A program made the translations under genes and the position numbers. A DNA stretch of 39,095 bases from Octopus bimaculoides (lineage: Eukaryota), in contig NC_068989.1 of the NCBI RefSeq assembly GCF_001194135.2, positions 30,212,776-30,251,870 on the forward strand. The letters run 5' to 3'. This document shows, piece by piece, positions 24,245 through 35,400 of this stretch; positions within the stretch are counted from its first letter, which is position 1, and the number at the start of each line of letters is the position of its first letter. The notes beneath the pieces were generated by a model. That model was given only the letters and a program-made list of their open reading frames with translations. It was not told the DNA's origin and did no database searches.

Positions 24245-24294
24245 AAAATTGATGATGGCTCCAATATATATATATTGGAGCCATCATCAATTTT
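24245..24294. repeat. Perfect 50-bp palindrome centred on (AT)n
   Basis: AAAATTGATGATGGCTCCAATATAT|ATATATTGGAGCCATCATCAATTTT. Confidence 0.97.
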
Positions 24295-24341
24295 AAATGC
24301 CAATTTGAGCTCTTTTAAATCTACTAAACACAATAAATCTA

Positions 24342-25514
24342 CAGGTGTTGAACAAAATAACGGAAACATCTAGCATCATAATTTTGAAATATCTATAAAA
24401 CTGTCAAAAGCTTGTTTATTTTTATGTTTTTGATTTATTATAAGTGTTGCATAATATGGTTTGCTACAATTGCTGTTTCTTTTCAGATATCATCAGAAAA
24501 AGGTAATTAAAATTCATTAAAATGACAGATCTATCAGACTTTCAAAGAGGTCAAATTGTTGGTGCTCATATGGCAGGTGCTAGCATAACAAAAACAGCTG
24601 AAATGTTTGGTGTATCAAGATGTACTGTCTCAAAAGTAATGACAGCCTTTGAGAAAGAGGGAAAAACCTTCTCGTCAAAACAAAACTCCAGATGAAAACC
24701 AAAACTTTCAGATAGGGGCCATTGGACTCTTATGTGAAGTGTTAGAAAGGATCACAAAAGTACAGCTCCCAAAATTACTGCAGAGCTTAATGATCACCCA
24801 GAGAACCCAGTTTCCACAAAAACTGTTCACTGGGAGCTGCACAGGAGGGCTGCAATCACAAAACCACTACTTTCAAAAACAAACGTTGCAAAGCATTTAG
24901 AGTGAAGTAAAAACCTACAGAATTGGTCCCTAGAGCAGTGGAAGAATGTTATTTTCTCATCCTTTACCTTATTTCCGACCTCTGGCCGAGTATACATGTG
25001 AAGACAGCCAAAAGAAGCATTTGACCCAGAGTGCCTTCTTCCAACTGTTAAGCATGGNNNNNNNNNNCTCTTCATGGCAGAATTAATAGTCAAGACTATT
25101 TAAGCATTTTATCTGTTCAAATTCATCCTTTGGTTGCAGAACTGTTTCTGGAGGGAAACGCAATCTTTCAGGATGATAATGTACCAATTCACACAGCTAA
25201 AGTTCTTACTGAATGGCACAAGGAACATTCTTATCTGGCCACCACAGTCCCCAGGTCTCAATATTATTGATCATTTATGGAGCATATTAGAAAAAAAAGT
25301 AAGGAGTCGATATCCTCCACCATCATCACTACAAGAACTGGAGACTGTTTCAGCTGAAGAATGAACAAAAATTCCTTTGGAAACAATTCAAACTTTGTCC
25401 GAGTTCATAACTTGTAGAATTTAAGTTGTAATTACTGCCAAAGGTGGTCCTACCCCATATTAAAATAAATTTGTTTGAAATTTAAGGTGTTTCCATTATT
25501 TTGTCCAACCCCTG
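24342..25514 (+). mobile_element. Tc1-family DNA transposon with TIRs and TA target-site duplication
   Basis: TA|CAGGTGTTGAACAAAATAACGGAAACATCT ... AGGTGTTTCCATTATTTTGTCCAACCCCTG|TA. Confidence 0.93.
24522..25463 (+). pseudogene. Tc1 transposase pseudogene
   Basis: MTDLSDFQRGQIVGA...GVSRCTVSKV, FQDDNVPIH, WPPQSPGLNIIDHLW, ends AKGGPTPY*. Has stops and frameshifts; the first catalytic Asp appears deleted and the catalytic Glu is changed to Asp. Confidence 0.9.
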
Positions 25515-26838
25515 TAATAAATAATAAGCTGACCATATACAAAACCTTAAAAAAATGGTGTACCATATAATATTACTTGGTCTCTCATCAATATTGTTGT
25601 TCCATACTAGAGCAATAATACTCTGTGTTGATTATGCTTAAAAGATTCTATACAAATCTTATTACATAATGCATAGCAATTACTAAACAAACAAAACGAA
25701 GCATTTATCACTTGTGTCCAGAGATTCTTCAAAACATTCTGATTTTATCACAAATTTAAATGTAGTGCTTTTGAATCTCAGTATAATTCTCACCCACATA
25801 AAGTAAAAGTTCCTCATATGTCTCTTTAATTTAATTTAATTTAATCCAATCCACAGAGCACCACTTTATTCATCCTCTTATATCTTCATTTGTTGCTCCT
25901 ATTCTAAATTCACCCCTTGCTTGACCTCTGCATGTTTCCATAATTCTTAATTTTATAATGCATGATGATGATGATGATGATGATTCTGTTTATCATTAAT
26001 ACAATGATTTAACAAGATGTTATTTTCTTGAAGTTACATAACATATTGTAGCAACCACTTTAGATATTCTCAGTTTATGTACAAATTTGAAGATCTTTCT
26101 GTTTTTATTCCTATGCTACTCTAATAACCAACACTTAACAATATTTTCATACTCTTCATTAAACTTACAATTCTAATTATTAATTAAATAAAAAATAGTT
26201 ACAATAAATAGTTTCTTTACTTTGGTAACTATTAACAAGCACATATCTGAAGAGCACTCATTGTCCTCAGAATGCTAACCCTCTAGTATCTCTCTTCTCT
26301 CTTCCCACACACATTTGCATTGATTACTACACCACACTGCTGTAGATAGTAGGTATATTTTATCTTGTATGCCACCTCCCACTCCTGGTGGCTAGTCTAG
26401 TTAACTGATAATTCTAATGTACTTGACCTACATGCTGTCACTGTTATACATACACATGGTCTTCTTCACACCAAACCACTTAGCATCCCCCTTCCCTACA
26501 CATATTGGTACTAGTCTGCTCCTTGCTATATATCTTTCTCTAACTCTAGAAATTTATATATCTGTCCTTTGTTATGAATGTTATCCATCTTCATATTAGT
26601 ATGGCCTTGTTTCCTCTGTTCTCTTTGTTTACACTTTCCTTTATACCTCACACTAATAGTAAACAAAATCTCTCTACTGAGACTTTACCTCATTCTTTCT
26701 CCAGTGGTGGAATAGACTGCTGCTATAATGTTGGATGACTGTCATTAGCAAAGAAATGCACCATCTGTGCATCTATTCTTGGAGCAGCGGTTAGAGACTA
26801 TCCATACACCGTCTTCCTTCCACCTTACTATCTATACT

Positions 26839-26955
26839 AGGTTTCAGGTTCACTCCCACTGCATGGCACCTTCACCCAGTGTCTTCTACTAATGCCCCAA
26901 GCTGACCAAAGCCTTTTCAGTGGATTTAGTTTGCAGAGACTAAAAGAAGCCCATC

Positions 26956-26986
<31 letters not shown>

Positions 26987-27054
26987 TGTATGTATGTATG
27001 TATGTATATAGGTAGGTAGGGAGGTAGGGAGGAAGGGAGGGAGGCAAGCAGGCA
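26839..27054 (+). mobile_element. SINE family A fragment (headless) with (TATG)n(TAGG)n tail
   Basis: Homologous to the SINE at 1203; near-identical to the inverted copy at 30263-30540. Confidence 0.85.
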
Positions 27055-28249
27055 TGTTTGAAAAAAAGGAATAAGAAAGATATTTCTGATAATTTTTTCC
27101 ACTTTAATCATTAATTGTTTACAAATTGTATCATGACTTTGTTAACAACCCTCATGCTTAAATACATATTGTCATAACTGAACCTGATACCAGTTGTCTG
27201 CCTGTTTATAATTTTATTATATTTCATATGTGTGTGTGTGTGTATGTGTATATATACCTATGTATGTATATTGTGGGGGCACATAATTTAGTGGTTTTGA
27301 TTCCTGGACTAGATGATGTATTGGATTCTTAAGCAACACACTTCATTTCATATTGCTGACAAAAATGAGTTATTCTGCGATGGTCTGGTGCCCCATCCAG
27401 CTGAGGAGTATACACATCAAAGAATCTGGGAAACTAGCCTTATGAGCCAATGGCTTGCGAAGGACCTTTGATCCTTTGATATTTTTGCATATATGTGTGT
27501 GTGTGTGCATTTATATATATGTATGTGTGTGTGTGTGTATATATTGTATTGATAAATAAAATAGGGGATGGAATGTGTAATAAACTTTATTGGGTACAAC
27601 ACATTATTTTAAGCCATTCTGGGTCTCTTCAGGTATATCAACGACATGGAATCCTGGAATTTATGAAATTTTTATACTTGTATATAATTACTGTATATTC
27701 TTAAACATATTTTTACAATCCCACGAATAATTTTATGATTTTGTTTAAAAATTCAAAATCTGTACATATTTTCTGATGAAGGAAATGTGGATTACTGAAG
27801 TTCAAAAGGTTTTACCTACATACTTCTTTGCACATTCCCGGAAATGGCTGTAAGATTCTTTCTATTTATTGGATTCATTTGAGGAATCCCTTTTGAATTA
27901 TTGTGAACTGTTATCTCATCAGCTTGGACTTCTTAATTTATCTGTATGTATTTATGCAATTACTTATCTGACTTAGATTTGGGCACAGAATTACACTATT
28001 ATATGTATATATATGTTTTTGTATGTTATGTGTTCACATGCTTATAATGGTTTATATATGCCCTCTGTGTTTAGATATGTGTCAGCTTTGATGAGGAGTA
28101 TTATTGGCCTTGGAACTTGTCTCTTTCAAATTAATACTTTAATCTAATTGCTTAATAAATTGAGCTCTACACTGTTGTTTCTTGAAAAGAGTTCACCTCT
28201 ATCATTTTTCATTACCAATATGTTTATGTATGTATATGTGCAGTTGTCA

Positions 28250-28420
28250 AGTGGTATCCAAGAGATCAGAAAAAGTTACAGGGAAGGCCTTCACGACAAT
28301 TGGAAGATAATTTCGTTAGACAGTTTGGGGCAAGATGGAAAAGAATGGTGTAATCAAGACATAATTTGAAGCTCATTGTGACCAGTGGTGTGCAACAACA
28401 TCTGACAACCTTGTCGATGC
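28250..28420 (+). pseudogene. LINE C-terminal remnant
   Basis: VKWYPRDQKKLQGRPSRQLEDNFVRQFGARWKRM resembles the W.PR..KR..GRP..RW.D....G..W tail of RTE-type ORFs. Confidence 0.5.
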
Positions 28421-28948
28421 TGTGATACTGTGACATATATATGTATCTGTATGTATACATGTATAATGTCTGTGTACTTGTATGATGTATGTATATAAGT
28501 ATACATATGTATATATGTGTGCATTGGTCTGTGTATGTTAGAATATGTACATGAATGTTTGCATGCCTGTTTCTCTTTACTTAAAAAAATATAGATGTCA
28601 TTGTAATCATTTGAAAAAATACACCTTATTTTACTATTCAGGAAGAACTATTTTCCAAAATACAAAATTCATTTTATAACATAATACATCTTAAGTTTAG
28701 CTTAATCGGTCAAAGCATTGTGACGCGTAATCACGGGGATGTGAGTTCGTGTCCACAGCTAGCCACCTACACTTTTTCTGCAAAATAGGGGTAGTTTATC
28801 CTGTTCAGGCTATATTATTAGCATTATTCTGCGATTGAGAATTTAAAATCACTTCTTTAACTTTCTATAATACATCTCCTATTTTTGGCTTTTTTACTTA
28901 CATTTTTATCTTTATATTTTGACCCACCACAATTTGTACTTAACCCTT

Positions 28949-29330
28949 GTGGCTTTGTGGTAAGAAGCTTGCTTCTCAGCCACATGGTTCTCTGTTCAGT
29001 CCCACTGCATGGTACCTTGTGTAAATGTCTTCTGCTATAGCCTTGGGCTGACTAAAGCCCTGAGAGTGGATTTGGTGGATGGAAACTGAAAGAAGCACCT
29101 CATATATATATGTGTGTGTGTCTGTATTTGTCCCCCACCACTGCTTGAGAACTGGTGGTGGTGTGTTTACATCCCTGTAACTTAGTAGTTTGGCAAAAAC
29201 GACCGATAGAATAAGTACTAGGCTTCAAAAAATAGTAAGTCCTAAGGTCACTTTGTTCAACTAAAATCCTTCAAGGTGGTGTCCCAGCATGACTGCAGTT
29301 AAATGACTGAAACAAGTAAAAGATAAAAGA
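28949..29330 (+). mobile_element. SINE family A
   Basis: Colinear homology with 1203-1620. Confidence 0.88.
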
Positions 29331-30262
29331 TATATGTGTGTGTGTGAAGGGGAGTATGTGCAAGTATGTACAGATGAATGTGTGTATATATATATATGAA
29401 TATATATATANNNNNNNNNNNNNNNNNNNNNNNNNNNNNNNNNNNNNNNNNNNNNNNNNNNNNNNNNNNNNNNNNNNNNNNNNNNNNNNNNNNNNNNNNN
29501 NNNNNNNNNNNNNNNNNNNNNNNNNNNNNNNNNNNNNNNNNNNNNNNNNNNNNNNNNNNNNNNNNNNNNNNNNNNNNNNNNNNNNNNNNNNNNNNNNNNN
29601 NNNNNNNNNNNNNNNNNNNNNNNNNNNNNNNNNNNNNNNNNNNNNNNNNNNNNNNNNNNNNNNNNNNNNNNNNNNNNNNNNNNNNNNNNNNNNNNNNNNN
29701 NNNNNNNNNNNNNNNNNNNNNNNNNNNNNNNNNNNNNNNNNNNNNNNNNNNNNNNNNNNNNNNNNNNNNNNNNNNNNNNNNNNNNNNNNNNNNNNNNNNN
29801 NNNNNNNNNNNNNNNNNNNNNNNNNNNNNNNNNNNNNNNNNNNNNNNNNNNNNNNNNNNNNNNNNNNNNNNNNNNNNNNNNNNNNNNNNNNNNNNNNNNN
29901 NNNNNNNNNNNNNNNNNNNNNNNNNNNNNNNNNNNNNNNNNNNNNNNNNNNNNNNNNNNNNNNNNNNNNNNNNNNNNNNNNNNNNNNNNNNNNNNNNNNN
30001 NNNNNNNNNNNNNNNNNNNNNNNNNNNNNNNNNNNNNNNNNNNNNNNNNNNNNNNNNNNNNNNNNNNNNNNNNNNNNNNNNNNNNNNNNNNNNNNNNNNN
30101 NNNNNNNNNNNNNNNNNNNNNNNNNNNNNNNNNNNNNNNNNNNNNNNNNNNNNNNNNNNNNNNNNNNNNNNNNNNNNNNNNNNNNNNNNNNNNNNNNNNN
30201 NNNNNNNNNNNNNNNNNNNNNNNNNNNNNNNNNNNNNNNNNNNNNNNNNNNNNNNNNNNNNN

Positions 30263-30348
30263 CCTGCCTGCTTGCCTACCTACCTACCTACCAACCTACC
30301 TACCTACCAACCTACCTACCTACCTACCTATATACATACATACATACA

Positions 30349-30379
<31 letters not shown>

Positions 30380-30540
30380 GATGGGCTTCTTTTAGTCTCT
30401 GGAAACTAAATCCACTGAAAAGGCTTTGGTCAGCTTGGGGCATTAGTAGAAGACACTGGGTGAAGGTGCCATGCAGTGAGAAGGAATCTGAAACCTTTTG
30501 GTTGGACAACAAACTTCTTGACCACACAGCCATACACCCA
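30263..30540 (-). mobile_element. SINE family A 5' half with head, ending at an N gap
   Basis: Minus strand reads GGCTGTGTGGTCAAGAAG...CACTGCATGGCACCTT..., then (TATG)n(TAGG)n. Confidence 0.85.
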
Positions 30541-30659
30541 CACACATACGGAGGGAGAGAGAGACATGCACATATATGTGTGTGTGTGTGTGTCTAAGAG
30601 TCCATAAGTCAGGAAAAAATGTACTTGCATATCTGTCAGTAGAGTGGGTATATTAATCA

Positions 30660-31341
30660 AAGTGTACAGTATTATCCATTACAGCTGATCTTACCAATCA
30701 GTTTCTCACTAGGGATCCAATGGAATGTTAGGTAACAATCTGATTATGTAACCCAGCACTCATCAGAGATAGCCATTATTGAATGAAATATAGTGACTGT
30801 GCTCTATTGTTGGCAGTGCATAGACACATCCAGTTTGTGGTTGTTGTGAAAAGATGAGGAAATGAATCATGCAGTAAAGAATTATGTTCCTTGTAAACAC
30901 ACAAACGAATGCAAACGTGTGTCTGCTCCCACCCCCATCACAAAGGCTATACACATAGTATTACTACACACACACATTCCATTTCCACAAAAACACCAAT
31001 CTTAAAGACACACACATTTTCCACAAAACTTTTTCGAAAAAACTCTTGGTGCTTTGCAACAACCCCCACCCCCATCCCAGACGATGTTTTGGCACCAAGG
31101 AACATAACCCATAACTCAATCTCCTACTTGATTTGTTTCATCATCTTTTTCACAGCAATCACAAACTGGATGCGTCTGCACCTCCAACAATAGAAAGCAG
31201 TTACCATATTTCATTCCATAATGGCTACCTCTAATGAATGCAGGGTTACATAACTGGACTGTTACCGAACACTCTGATGAATCCCTAGTGAGAAACCAAT
31301 TAGTAAGATCAGCCGTAATTGTTATATAATACTGTACACTT
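30660..31341. repeat. ~235-bp imperfect inverted repeat (30660-30894 / 31095-31341) with hammerhead-like core; probably PLE-derived or a MITE
   Basis: Arms align from AAGTGTACAGTATTAT through CTGATCTTAC, TTTCTCACTAGGGAT, TTATGTAACCC, GCCATTAT and CATCCAGTTTGTG to TTATGTTCCTTG; spacer ~200 bp. Confidence 0.85.
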
Positions 31342-31351
31342 CAATATATCA

Positions 31352-32082
31352 GGAGTGGCTGTGTGGTAAGAAGATTGCTTCCCAACCACATAGTTTCAGA
31401 TTCAGTCCCACTGTGTGCACTTTGGGCAAGTGCCTTCTGCTATAGCCTGGGGACAACCAAAGCCTTGTGAGTGGATTTGGTAAACAGAAACTGAAAGAAG
31501 GTTGTTGTATACATATCTATCNNNNNNNNNNNNNNNNNNNNNNNNNNNNNNNNNNNNNNNNNNNNNNNNNNNNNNNNNNNNNNNNNNNNNNNNNNNNNNN
31601 NNNNNNNNNNNNNNNNNNNNNNNNNNNNNNNNNNNNNNNNNNNNNNNNNTTATATATATATATATATATATACCAGAGTAAGCACATAAATGTGAAACAA
31701 GGTGCAAAAAAAGAGTACTCAAATACCAGAGGTAGAGTAATATGCTTTATTTAAAAGCAGCAGAAATATAACAAAAGCTGTTACTCTGAGTTTCACGTTC
31801 TGAGTAACAGCTTTTGTTATATTTCTGCTGCTTTTAAATAAAGGATATATATATATATATATGTATATATTTGTGTGTGTGTATCTGTGTTTGTCCCCCC
31901 TCCATTGCTTGACAACTGAATGTTGGTCTGTTTACATCCTTGTAAGTTAGCAGTGTGGCAAAAGAAACCGACAGAATAAGTACTAGGCTTACAAAGAATA
32001 AGTCCTGGAATCAGTTTGTTCAACTAAAGGCAGTGTTCCAGCATGGCCACAGTCAAAAGACTGAAACAAGTAAAAGAATAAA
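31352..32082 (+). mobile_element. SINE family A split at its central microsatellite by an N gap and a hairpin insert
   Basis: 5' half 31352-31510 and 3' half ~31870-32082 are both homologous to 1203-1620. Confidence 0.85.
31745..31843. repeat. Perfect 42-bp inverted repeat with 15-nt loop
   Basis: CTTTATTTAAAAGCAGCAGAAATATAACAAAAGCTGTTACTC (31745-31786) and its exact reverse complement (31802-31843). Confidence 0.97.
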
Positions 32083-32477
32083 ACAATATATATACACATA
32101 CACAGATATTTACATATATGTACATACACACACACACACGTATGCACATACACATATATTTAATGATTGATACATAACCAGTTGATTGGTCTGTCTTTGT
32201 TTGTTCATTTGTATGTATGTATGCATACATGCAAGCAAGCACAAATATATGTAAATATCTAGAATGTGTGTGTAATGGATATGACAGCAATCAGTACAAT
32301 TGTAAAGATATGAGTAAATTCCCCTCTTTATGGTAAATTCCTGATCATTCTACTGCCATTCAAATAAGGTTTGCACCTCTCCATTTATTCTTACTTGATG
32401 TTGTAATCCATAGCACTTTCTTTCATTGACCATATGGTTTTTGCTGGGGCTGCGTGTGATTGTATGACCTCAAATAC

Positions 32478-33890
32478 TCAACAAAAGATATCCAATATCA
32501 TCTGACGAGTTTAACACGTGAATGTTACTAGGGCTGATGATCAACCAGTCAGTTGTAAGAGATGGAAAGCTTTTTTCTATGACTAAGCAAAGCCATACAC
32601 AGATTCTGAGTGCTGGTCTTATAGCTTGAAAATTCCCACCAAGGATCTAGGAACAGAAAACCACTTAGGCATCATACCATGGTTGAAATGTCATAAGTCC
32701 TGTTATCCTTTCCAAAATAAACTTACATTAAACATTCTTAGACTTTTTTTAGACAAAAGTGAAAATTTATATAGGATACATAATGATACATAAGCACAGC
32801 TACTACACAACAGCATCCCATAAACATACAGGAAGATAGCCCCTCAAGACTATAGTAAAATTAACCATGAGACCAAAGAGATAGCTTTTAGACTAGGCAC
32901 TCAGGATAGGATTGAGGCCCTGGTGAGAAAAGTTTTCTTGATAATGATTAAAGACTACAAATTGAACTTTGCTGTCAACCCAAGTGTTGTCTAATCAACC
33001 TCACAAAGTCAGATATTGGCTAGGTGAGCAAGCTCCAACTTAAGAAAGTCAATAATTACATAAGGAGAGCATCTAGCTTTACACTTTGGCAATACTAATT
33101 AGGTCATCACATGACTTAAATCCAATAGTGGCAGAGGTAGAGCAAAGATCACCCAGTTCAATGTAATGGACTTTCACTTGTCTATATTGACGATTACATA
33201 GGGCACTGGAGTTCACTAGGGCATACATTGAGATTAGCGATGAGGACATAAGCATTATTTGCCTGCCACAAAAGAACCTGCCCTTCAACAAGGGATCAGC
33301 TTGGGTCGAGTGAACTGACCTGGAAGGCTCCTTCAATGTTGTAATGAGGGTATTTAAAGGTGCAGGTGTATGTGACCTCATTGCTTTATTTTTTAATCTA
33401 GATTTACTAAATAAGAAGTTCCCCTCATCTAACTTTAGCCTCTACAGAAATGCTGTGGTAATAACAAGCAGAGCAAAAGGTCACACACTTGATAGGCTTA
33501 GGAAAGACCTAATCCATACCCCGAATTCCCTTTGATTCAAAGTTACAACAGAAAGCAACCTGAAAGTGACTGATTTCCTCAATGTGACCTTAAACTAGTG
33601 CTTTTAGTAAATCGAATGAGAGATAGGTTGATTAATACAACTTCCTGACATCCAACTAAAATGTTCAAGAACCTGGTTAAGGGAGTGAGCAGAAGAATTT
33701 TCATCCTGCTTTCAAGTAAAGAGATTTTCAACATTGCAACCTCATTCTTCATTGAGGCTCTGGCTGTTAACAGTTTTAAGGATAAAATCATTTACAAGCC
33801 TGATCCTTAACCCCACCAAGAGAAAATGTTTGTTGTTCATGTCTACTTCTTCCCAAATGTAAATACTTGTGTAGGCAATATCTTCTTGGG
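32478..33890 (+). pseudogene. Decayed Penelope-like RT, same broad family as 4430-6110 and 18780-19140
   Basis: KYSTKDI, RWKAFFY, DKSENLY, INLTKSDIG, QFNVMDF, SFNVVM..FKGAGVCDLI, LYRNA (from YRDD), KVTDFLNVTL, PNVNTCVGNIFL. Confidence 0.8.
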
Positions 33891-34779
33891 TTTAAAGTCC
33901 ACACGACTTTAAACCTGACTTTATCTCCTCCCCAAAGCCACTCTACAAGCATTTACCTTATACAACCTGGTGGCACTTTCTGATCTGATTTCTATCCAAG
34001 GGACATAACTCTAATGAACAAAAATTTTCTTGCGATGTTTTCTTCTGTGATTTTTTAATTCTATTTTCTATGCTATGACACCCGTAAACTGAATGTAACA
34101 CTTCTGATCTCCTATGGGAAAACGTCGATGCCTACCAACACTTGAAATGTGTACCTTGATTAGTTTTCCCAATCTCTTGTGTATGAACCATTGGTAAAAT
34201 CAGCAAATATACCTGTTTGTTTTCTGACTCATAGATTCTTAGACAACTATACACACGGATATATGATCACATGGACACAAGTGCATACGTATACATATAA
34301 TTATTATTGTCACCTTTCATGCCTACTTTCCAAGTGGGAATGAGTTCAATTCATTGTCATAGTCCAAGTCACTTAGAGTTACTATTTTGTTAGATGAATG
34401 AAATGACCAAATCCTATTTGTATGTTTCACTTTTGGCATGGATTATATAGTCAGATGTCTTTCCTAAGCCTAACCACTTTACAGAGTATACTGATTGAAT
34501 TTTATAGCACTAGTATGAGAAATTGTCATGTCCTTCACAAGACTAAAGAGTCTCCTTGATCTTTTGCTGTCTCTACTTGATTCACAAAATGCTACACACT
34601 GAACTGGGTATATTTTAACCTGGCACCAGTACTAAGATGGTAATGTCATAAGCTGAGCTTAGATAGTGAGAGAAACAAAAGTATGATTTGAGGAACAAAT
34701 TTATTGGAGAGGATAACAGAGGAGATAATAACAGACGGGACTGAGAGTGAGTAATGGAAAAGAAACAGTAGGAAGGATT

Positions 34780-34985
34780 GATGGATGGACAGACAAACAG
34801 AAATAGTTAGACAGACAGATAGATAAATAGATGGATAGTCAAACAAACAGACAGACAAATAAATAGATAGTGGGGGAGAGAGAAGAGGAAAAAGAAGGAG
34901 AGAGAGGGAGAGAGAGGGAGAAAGAGAGAAGGAGAGATAGACAAGGAGAGAGAAAGGGAGAGACAGAGAAGGATTGATAAGGATG
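34780..34985. repeat. (GATA/GACA)n and (GA)n purine-rich microsatellite block
   Basis: Read directly from the sequence. Confidence 0.9.
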
Positions 34986-35139
34986 GTGGGATGGATTGAA
35001 TAGGAAATCCACTACTATACAATATTATATAGGCAACAGGATACAATGTGTATGAGTAGGTGGTGTTTGTAGAGGCAAGATAAGGTGTTAAGGAAGTATA
35101 AGAGCCCTGCTTGCATGGGAATGTAGAGGTTCTCTAGCC

Positions 35140-35308
35140 AGTCATTGTGGTCTCTTGTCAACTCTTTTGTGAAGCTCAGCATCATGAAAACAAGCAAGTG
35201 TTGGTGTCAGGAAGGGCATCCAACTGTAAAATACTGACTCAAATAAGTCTCATCCAACTCATGCTAGCATGAAATAAAGCAGATGTAAAAGTCATGATGA
35301 TGATGATG
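35140..35308 (+). mobile_element. RTE-type 3' tail (short LINE end or RTE-partnered SINE)
   Basis: GTTGGTGTCAGGAAGGGCATCC motif shared with LINE copy A; ends in (TGA)n. Confidence 0.65.
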
Positions 35309-35400
35309 AAAAATATTTAATTACAGCATTTCAGCCATTCTTTAGGTGAAATAATGCAGGTAAGAAAGAAAGATAGCATGAAGAAAAGAAGGCTACTAAC

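Noticed and set aside
28148-28369. 73-aa plus-strand ORF as an exon of a second gene
   Set aside because: A different frame matches a LINE C-terminus, which explains the region better.
29338-30409. 347-aa and 343-aa ORFs
   Set aside because: They run through an N gap and microsatellites; artefacts. The same applies to ORFs over 17906-18153 and 31522-31649, apart from the real LINE parts.
34095-34130. CTGATCTCCTATGGGAAAACGTCG as another hammerhead
   Set aside because: The CUGANGA core is incomplete and no stem I can be formed.
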